64,000 bases of DNA from a virus (lineage: Duplodnaviria; Caudoviricetes), in IMG/VR virus record IMGVR_UViG_3300017721_001026, positions 89,809-153,808 of that record; one strand, 5' to 3'. The notes below the pieces were generated by a model. The model did not search any database. It was not told where the DNA came from and saw nothing but the letters and a program-made list of their open reading frames with translations. Positions 58,224-64,000 of the stretch are shown here, one piece after another. The stretch's first letter is position 1; each line of letters opens with the position of its first letter. Made by a program: the position numbers and the translations under genes.

Positions 58224-58795
58224 CTACGTCCTCCCCATGTGATATCTGGGTATGCTTCTTTTACATTATCTAAAGAAATCTTATACTTAGTGGATAATTT
58301 TTTATCCTTTACAAGAACTAAAATTTCTGCTTCTTCGGGATGTAGACCTTCAAGAATATTGATGAACATCACTTCTCTTCGGATGGAAGATAAAGAGTTG
58401 TTACCACCCTGAACAAAGTTGTAAAACTTCTCCGATTCTTTTCGGATAGATGTCTTCTTTGCTCTCTGAGATTCTTCAGCAACACTATTTTTTACTTGAC
58501 TCGATGCTTTAATCTTATCAGAAAGATTGCCAGATGCTGTTACATCTTCCTTAAGATTGCCATAGGGTACATCACCTGGAGGAAGCAATGAACGAACTGT
58601 TTCATCAAAATTCCAAATAAGAATTGATTTTAATGGAAGGCAGTTATTCTTTTTAAGAACTTCTACCTTTTTTGCATTACTCCTTTGCTTTGAAACCAAT
58701 TCAAGAATTTCATGCATAAAAGCATTTGTTGGAAGTTCAGGAAGAGGGTTCGTCGTCTTCTTCTTTTTCGTAGTAGTCGTCATAACTGTTTTCAA
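58220..58795 (-). CDS. Conserved T4-like hypothetical protein
   Basis: 191 aa; LIWNFD....LLP.G.VPY, RRE.MFI.ILEGLHP.EA. Confidence 0.8.
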   Translation of the reverse strand: MKTVMTTTTKKKKTTNPLPELPTNAFMHEILELVSKQRSNAKKVEVLKKNNCLPLKSILIWNFDETVRSLLPPGDVPYGNLKEDVTASGNLSDKIKASSQVKNSVAEESQRAKKTSIRKESEKFYNFVQGGNNSLSSIRREVMFINILEGLHPEEAEILVLVKDKKLSTKYKISLDNVKEAYPDITWGGRS

Positions 58796-58970
58796 ATCGT
58801 ACTGCTATAATTTCGTCTGGTAAGATGTTACCGTTTTGGTCAAACATCTCTGGGTGTGTATATCCCTTATAGGAATATAGATTCTCTTTCACTAAAAATC
58901 CAATTACTAAACCAAGTGCTAGTAAACATATCCCTAACACAATGCTGATTGCTATGATTGCTGCTTGCAT
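58737..58970 (-). CDS. Small membrane-anchored protein
   Basis: N-terminal hydrophobic helix then HPEMFD.NGN..PDE..AVRF. Confidence 0.75.
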   Translation of the reverse strand: MQAAIIAISIVLGICLLALGLVIGFLVKENLYSYKGYTHPEMFDQNGNILPDEIIAVRFENSYDDYYEKEEDDEPSS

Positions 58971-59161
58971 GGATCGTCTCCCTGAGAACGTTTCTTAATT
59001 TCCAAAGTCACTTCAAACTTAAACAACTTAATTTTAAATTGAAATACTTCTTCTTTTGATTTTACGATCTCCCTCCCAGATTCTAACATAAGTTCTAATC
59101 CACGGTCAACGCGGATGTCATTATTATTTAGATCTCTTTCTGATCCTTTTGCTTTTGTCAT
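58952..59161 (-). CDS. Small hypothetical protein
   Basis: Up to 69 aa; bridges neighbouring genes; start uncertain. Confidence 0.5.
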   Translation of the reverse strand: MTKAKGSERDLNNNDIRVDRGLELMLESGREIVKSKEEVFQFKIKLFKFEVTLEIKKRSQGDDPCKQQS

Positions 59162-59483
59162 TTTTGTACCGCATTACATCATCTAACATTCCATCAAGAT
59201 ATATTTTCACTTTTCTTGCAAGTGGTTTTGATAGATATCCATATGCTTCACGAAGTTGCTTATGCTCATTATCAGAACCACCTTCAATGTAATCACTAAG
59301 TTCGGAACTTATAGATGAAATACTATTAGCACTTGAACTATGTAGTATCTCACCCAAATCATCTTTAGTAAAATTATTTTGTTTTAAATAATCATATAAC
59401 TTTAGATTTAAGTTCTGTTTCAAAAACGCATCATCTACGGCACCCTCAATAAGGTTATAGAAGTCTGCTAGTTTTTGTTTCAT
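59124..59483 (-). CDS. Conserved hypothetical protein
   Basis: 119 aa; YIEGG.D..HKQLREAYG.L.KP.ARK. Confidence 0.8.
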   Translation of the reverse strand: MKQKLADFYNLIEGAVDDAFLKQNLNLKLYDYLKQNNFTKDDLGEILHSSSANSISSISSELSDYIEGGSDNEHKQLREAYGYLSKPLARKVKIYLDGMLDDVMRYKNDKSKRIRKRSK

Positions 59484-59731
59484 TAGATTACTTTCTGTTC
59501 CTTTAGATATGCAACTGTTTCAGTACAACCACCGAGTTTGACTGAATCATTCGCACCAGCATTAAGAATTACTTGTGGGAAAGTAGATCCATTTCCAAAC
59601 TCTTCATAAAACTCTTCTCTAGTATAGTCAGTTCCAAGATCATAGACAACATGCTTCTGATCTGAAAGTTGCATAATGTTTTTGATTTTGTCACAAAAAG
59701 GACAACCATACTTTGAATAGATTGTGTACAT
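59483..59731 (-). CDS. nrdC: Glutaredoxin (NrdC-like)
   Basis: YSK.GCPFC, TFPQV, LGGCTE. Confidence 0.92.
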   Translation of the reverse strand: MYTIYSKYGCPFCDKIKNIMQLSDQKHVVYDLGTDYTREEFYEEFGNGSTFPQVILNAGANDSVKLGGCTETVAYLKEQKVI

Positions 59732-59781
59732 AGAATTCCTCCAAACGGTATAATTATACCAGATATTTTCTAATATGCAAC

Positions 59782-59808
59782 AAAAAAGAGCCTACATTAT
59801 AGACTCTT
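59782..59808 (-). terminator. Rho-independent terminator after HNH
   Basis: AAGAGTCTA-TAATG-TAGGCTCTT-TTTT. Confidence 0.7.
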
Positions 59809-59835
59809 GATTACATATTCAATTTTTATATAGGA

Positions 59836-60222
59836 TTATGCAACTCCTGGGATAAAATTTCTCCTAGGTTTATACCGATATAACTTGACTTTACCGTCCT
59901 CATGATGTCCTATCCAATCCTGAATTTTTCGTTTGTTTATTTCCTGAAAAAATTCCTGATTTAAATACCACTCTTGCCATTCTGTGTTTGCTTTAGATCC
60001 ATTACATGATAAACAAGAGCAAACAACATTAGTTGTATAGTTAGTTCCTCCTTTTGATTTTGGAACTACATGGTCAATGGTCAGATTCTCTGTTGAACCA
60101 CAGTAGGCACATTGATTGTCCCACTGTTCTTTGATTCTTCTTCTCCACATTTTCCTAGCTTCCTTTCTATTTACGGTGTGCAAGTTATAGAGATATCCTT
60201 GAGGAGATGCGTAAAGTTCCAT
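59836..60222 (-). CDS. Free-standing HNH endonuclease
   Basis: CAYCG...LTIDHVVPKSKGG....NVVCSCLSCN.SK; start set to ATG 60222. Confidence 0.92.
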   Translation of the reverse strand: MELYASPQGYLYNLHTVNRKEARKMWRRRIKEQWDNQCAYCGSTENLTIDHVVPKSKGGTNYTTNVVCSCLSCNGSKANTEWQEWYLNQEFFQEINKRKIQDWIGHHEDGKVKLYRYKPRRNFIPGVA

Positions 60223-60240
60223 ACGATACGAATAAAGTAC

Positions 60241-60271
60241 AAAAAAAGACAGTCCCGTAATGGGAACTGTC
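60241..60271 (-). terminator. Rho-independent terminator just upstream of HNH
   Basis: GACAGTTCCC-ATTAC-GGGACTGTC-TTTTTTT. Confidence 0.8.
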
Positions 60272-60337
60272 CAGAGAGATTTAAAAATAATTTTGACTTT
60301 GCATATAGAGTGTTTCAACTCTCACGATTTTATTTAG

Positions 60338-60562
60338 TCAACCAAATCCTTTATTAGTACTCTTTGTTGCATCTAATACTTCTATGGTACAACCCTTAAA
60401 GTTTCTACATTGCTCAAACCATACTGCTCGAAGGATTTCATAGTCTTCGATTACAACTGATTTATATCCAGGAACATTCAACCTATAGGTATGACGATCA
60501 TAGGTATCATCTGAGGTTTGTGTGAAGTATTGAGGATCTGTAGGATCAATTAGTTGAGTCAT
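60338..60562 (-). CDS. Small hypothetical protein
   Basis: 74 aa; YF.QTS...YDRH.Y...KGFG. Confidence 0.75.
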   Translation of the reverse strand: MTQLIDPTDPQYFTQTSDDTYDRHTYRLNVPGYKSVVIEDYEILRAVWFEQCRNFKGCTIEVLDATKSTNKGFG

Positions 60563-61206
60563 TCTTTTACAATTTTAGCAGCATCACGATCAAAGATCTC
60601 AAGACCAGCATCAGTGAGGATGTGATCATACATTCCATCAAATACTTTTGGTGGCATTGTACAGATCTCTGCGCCATTATACCAGGAACGAATTGCACGT
60701 TGAACATTGCGGATCGAAGCAGCAAGAACCTGAGTTTCCATACGATGGATCCGATAGAGTTCGGAGATAGATCGTATAACCTCCAGACCTGCCACTGACT
60801 GGTCGTCTAAACGTCCTACGAAGGGTGAGACATAAGTTGCACCAGCCTTTGCTGCTAGGACTGCCTGAGCAGCACAGAAGATAAGAGTGACATTGGTACG
60901 GATCTTCTCTTTAGAGAGTTCTTTACAAACTTTTAAACCATCACGAGTCATAGGAAGTTTGATTGTGCTTACACTACCAAACTTATCAACCAGTCGGATT
61001 GCTTCATTCAGCATAGTCTGAGCATCACCCATGACTTCCATACTGATATCTTGTACACCAATATCTTTGATCTCTTGGTATACAACTTCAGGATCTCGTC
61101 CTGACTTCATAATCAATGACGGGTTAGTTGTGACACCATCAACTAGTCCAGTGTCAAAGTAATTACGAATAAGTTCTGTGTCTGCTGTGTCTAGGAAAAT
61201 TTTCAT
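60559..61206 (-). CDS. talC: Transaldolase (TalC/FSA type)
   Basis: FLDTAD, GVTTNPSL, IKLP, NVTLIF, YVSPFVGRLDD, LAASIR. Confidence 0.97.
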   Translation of the reverse strand: MKIFLDTADTELIRNYFDTGLVDGVTTNPSLIMKSGRDPEVVYQEIKDIGVQDISMEVMGDAQTMLNEAIRLVDKFGSVSTIKLPMTRDGLKVCKELSKEKIRTNVTLIFCAAQAVLAAKAGATYVSPFVGRLDDQSVAGLEVIRSISELYRIHRMETQVLAASIRNVQRAIRSWYNGAEICTMPPKVFDGMYDHILTDAGLEIFDRDAAKIVKE

Positions 61207-61421
61207 TTATTGTTTAAGTACTCCCGTTCTGATTTATACAAGAAATCCATTCTTTTGTCAAGGTATATTTGAGCACCTTGATAAAGATCTGGTAGTAACC
61301 ACTCATGAATAGGAAGACATGCTTGCCAGTTCACTGGTTGGATGCAGTTCATTACCACAACAGAGAAAAATGCGGATAAGTGATTAATAATAGTAGTCAT
61401 TTTACTTCTCCAATAATCCAA
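61203..61421 (-). CDS. Small hypothetical protein (likely start 61400)
   Basis: VVMNCIQPVNWQACLP.HEWL. Confidence 0.7.
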   Translation of the reverse strand: MDYWRSKMTTIINHLSAFFSVVVMNCIQPVNWQACLPIHEWLLPDLYQGAQIYLDKRMDFLYKSEREYLNNK

Positions 61422-62326
61422 GACTGCATACCAAAAGGTGTGTCGGCAATCAAAGTTTGAGTATGTTCTGCTACTTCTTTTGGCACCACTAAACAGAATC
61501 CAATACCAAGATTGAATACATTACGCATCTCTTCCTCAGCAATCTCTCCTGCCTCCTGGATCTTGTTAAAGAGTTCTGGTCTCTCCCAAGCATCGTAGTC
61601 AAAGTCCACACCCAAACCCTTAGGAATACACCTAGGAAGATTCTCAGGCAGTCCTCCTCCTGTGATGTGTGCCATACCTAAGATAGGAATCTCATCTAAT
61701 AGGTATTGAATAAGACGAGCATAGATGGTGGTTGGCACCAACAACTCAGGCATATCTTTGTAAAAGATTTTATTTCTCCATAGCATATCATTGACCAGTG
61801 TGTATCCATTACTATGAAGACCACTACTCTCAATACCAATGACTACATCACCTGGTTGGATGTTACTACCATCAACAATCTCATTCTTCTCTACAATACC
61901 AGTACAAAAACCAGCAAGGTCATAATCATTTGCTCTGTAATGCTCGGCAGTCTCTCCTCCTAGAAGTTCCATTCCAGCAATCTCACATCCTTTGACAACT
62001 CCATACACAATGTCACTTACATTGGCATCAAGTGTTTTAGTAGAAACATAATCTAAAAAATATAGTGGTTTAGCACCAGAACATATAACGTCATTGACGC
62101 ACATAGCAACAAGATCCTGACCAATAGTGGTGTAATCATCAGCAATCCTACAAATATTAATTTTAGTTCCTACACCATCAGCACCAGATACCAAAACAGG
62201 TTTCTCATATCCTGGTGAGATCTCCATCATTCCATTGAACCCACCAATGTTAGGTGCCATTACCTTAAGATATTCCACAAAGGATCTACCCTTTTCAATA
62301 TCAACACCAGAAGTTTTGTAGTCCAT
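61397..62326 (-). CDS. purM: AIR synthetase
   Basis: YKTSGVDI, DGVGTK, DLVAMCVND, GGETAE, SSGLHSNGY, HITGGG..ENLPR, VFNLGIG. Confidence 0.97.
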   Translation of the reverse strand: MDYKTSGVDIEKGRSFVEYLKVMAPNIGGFNGMMEISPGYEKPVLVSGADGVGTKINICRIADDYTTIGQDLVAMCVNDVICSGAKPLYFLDYVSTKTLDANVSDIVYGVVKGCEIAGMELLGGETAEHYRANDYDLAGFCTGIVEKNEIVDGSNIQPGDVVIGIESSGLHSNGYTLVNDMLWRNKIFYKDMPELLVPTTIYARLIQYLLDEIPILGMAHITGGGLPENLPRCIPKGLGVDFDYDAWERPELFNKIQEAGEIAEEEMRNVFNLGIGFCLVVPKEVAEHTQTLIADTPFGMQSWIIGEVK

Positions 62327-62595
62327 TAGTGAATTTCTCCTTTCACAATTTGTTCACGACGTTTTAGTTTCCATACAATATAGTCCATGGTCGGTACACA
62401 CTGAGGATTCCATCCAGCAAAGGTGGAGTGTTCTCCACTTGGAATCTGCCAACAGGGAGCATCATCGTTTTCAAGATCTAGTGACTCACGATATGCTTCG
62501 TCACCGAGTAGAACACATGCTCTCTCTGCTTGATTCAAACTACCGAAGCAAGCAAATCCATTCTTCTTAATCTCCTCAGGGATTTCGTGTTTCAT
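62326..62595 (-). CDS. Hypothetical protein
   Basis: 89 aa; translationally coupled on both sides. Confidence 0.75.
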   Translation of the reverse strand: MKHEIPEEIKKNGFACFGSLNQAERACVLLGDEAYRESLDLENDDAPCWQIPSGEHSTFAGWNPQCVPTMDYIVWKLKRREQIVKGEIH

Positions 62596-63290
62596 TGAAT
62601 AGCAAGTGGTTGTAGTCTATCTAGAATCTCACGATAGGCAGGAACAATATCACCTTCATCATTCCTGAATAGATCTTTATCAAATCTCTCATCACTACCG
62701 ATCTTCCATAGTCTCATACTGTCAGGACTGATCTCATCGGCAAGATACAAATCACCATGAGCATCATAACCATACTCAACCTTAAAATCTACAAGATCAA
62801 TACCTAAGATGTAGAACATCTGACGAAGGTAGTCATTGATTCGTAATGTCATCTCAATGAAAGGTTCAGGATTATATCCCATCAGACGCACACGATCTGG
62901 TGTGAGTAGAGGATCATGCTTGCTATCATCCTTCAAGAAAAACTCAACAATCGGTTGCGGTAATGGAGCACCTTCTACAAGAGTTGTCTCACGAACAATA
63001 GATCCAGCAGCACGATTGCGACAGATAACTTCTAGAGGAACAATTTCTACCTTCTTACAGATCATCTTATTCGCACCAACCATATTGATGTAGTGATTGG
63101 GGATAAGTTCTTTAGAAAGTTTCTCAAAGATAAGAGATGAGATACTACAACAAAGAGAACCTTTACCTAAAGGATGATCTTCCTTCTCTCCGTTGCCAGC
63201 AGTCACCTTATCATGATACTCAATGATCACACGATCAGCATCGTCTCCCTGATAAACAGTTTTGACTTTACCTTCAATAATTACTTCCAT
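62592..63290 (-). CDS. purC: SAICAR synthetase
   Basis: EGKVKTVY, PLEVICRN.AAGS, K.D..HDP, LVDFKVEYG, LADEISPDSMRLW, DKD.FR. Confidence 0.97.
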   Translation of the reverse strand: MEVIIEGKVKTVYQGDDADRVIIEYHDKVTAGNGEKEDHPLGKGSLCCSISSLIFEKLSKELIPNHYINMVGANKMICKKVEIVPLEVICRNRAAGSIVRETTLVEGAPLPQPIVEFFLKDDSKHDPLLTPDRVRLMGYNPEPFIEMTLRINDYLRQMFYILGIDLVDFKVEYGYDAHGDLYLADEISPDSMRLWKIGSDERFDKDLFRNDEGDIVPAYREILDRLQPLAIQ

Positions 63291-63484
63291 TAATCCTCCT
63301 GCTTGTATGTAATAGTAATTTGTTTGTATACTTCATCTCTATTGTCACTGTTGTATACATTACAACGTTCGATCTTAGCATTTAAGATTTTCACTACATT
63401 ATCGAGTTGTAAATTAACTACAAAATCTGTAAATACAGGAGTGATTCCTATTTTATTAGATCCTGGTGCGTTAAAATCAGTCAT
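63290..63484 (-). CDS. Small hypothetical protein
   Basis: 64 aa; overlaps the purS stop and purC start. Confidence 0.65.
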   Translation of the reverse strand: MTDFNAPGSNKIGITPVFTDFVVNLQLDNVVKILNAKIERCNVYNSDNRDEVYKQITITYKQED

Positions 63485-63759
63485 GCTTCAATACCTTTAG
63501 GGAATGTTTCAATCTCAGTCAGTTCATAGTCCCAGTCTTCCATGACTGTATTGGCAAGAAATCTATCAGATAACATTTCAAGTTCCTTCTCAGCATACTC
63601 TCTGCTCTCTGCTTCCAACCAAACATCAATGACCTTACCCAATCTAAGTTTCTTGATATCTAACTCGGACAATCTCTTACAGGCATCTCTCACAGCATTA
63701 CCTGCTGAGTCATCAACCTGTGATCGTAGTCGGATGAATACTAATGCTTTAAACTTCAT
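63481..63759 (-). CDS. purS: FGAM synthase subunit PurS
   Basis: V.IRLR..V.D.AGNAV...LRLGK.I....LANTVMED; start at MKFKA. Confidence 0.9.
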   Translation of the reverse strand: MKFKALVFIRLRSQVDDSAGNAVRDACKRLSELDIKKLRLGKVIDVWLEAESREYAEKELEMLSDRFLANTVMEDWDYELTEIETFPKGIEA

Positions 63760-63922
63760 TATTATAATATGCGATAGTTGCATGAAACTTATCTATGGGA
63801 TCAATTGTCTCTCCCAATGCACTCCGTATTCTTACCTTCACTTCTTCATTACTAATCTCTTTCAAGATCTGTCGTAGTTCATCATCATCAAACTTGACGT
63901 AATAGTTATCACGATGCTTCAT
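63749..63922 (-). CDS. 57-aa hypothetical protein; absent from the ORF track
   Basis: MKHRDNYYVKFDDDELRQIL...YYNNEV; ATGA overlap and GGGAG RBS. Confidence 0.65.
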   Translation of the reverse strand: MKHRDNYYVKFDDDELRQILKEISNEEVKVRIRSALGETIDPIDKFHATIAYYNNEV

Positions 63923-64000
63923 GCTTTCTCCCTTTCGTCAAGTGCTTCATTGATGATTTGCTTCAACTCGACACGTTCTTGTGGTGTAAAGATTGTACGA
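63919..64000 (-). CDS. 3' end of a hypothetical protein (partial)
   Basis: ...RTIFTPQERVELKQIINEALDEREKA*. Confidence 0.55.
   Translation of the reverse strand, partial: RTIFTPQERVELKQIINEALDEREKA

Noticed and set aside
60223-60318. 32-aa N-terminal extension of the HNH gene
   Set aside because: TTG start with no RBS; it reads through a terminator.

Overview
AT-rich segment of a large T4-like marine cyanophage (cyanomyovirus, P-SSM2/S-SM2 type). Almost all genes are on the minus strand. 1-27.8 kb is a variable cluster of very large tail-fibre/virion proteins: a tandem big+small gene-pair duplication, LamG repeats and a subtilisin-like protease. It is followed by a long-variable-arm tRNA-Ile(UAU), a 2OG-Fe(II) oxygenase, cpeT and baseplate/tail genes (gp5, hub, two hydrolase-bearing tape-measure-like proteins, gp51/gp26, gp54-like), with cp12 embedded among them. 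Next come a plus-strand block (gp4, gp2, gp48, gp53), then gp32, gp59, gp33, an exonuclease, phoH, an RmlB-like dehydratase with two split carbamoyltransferases, thyX, small hypotheticals, glutaredoxins, an HNH nuclease, talC and purM/purC/purS. Best lead: a self-contained transcript at about 56.36-56.87 kb that folds into a nested, pseudo-symmetric double glutamine (glnA-type) riboswitch. It has a complete 55-codon gene inside one aptamer stem-loop and a DUF4278-like gene downstream. Second lead: a G/GT-like -1 frameshift signal joining gp26 to gp51. All calls come from reading motifs by eye; no database search or folding program was run.
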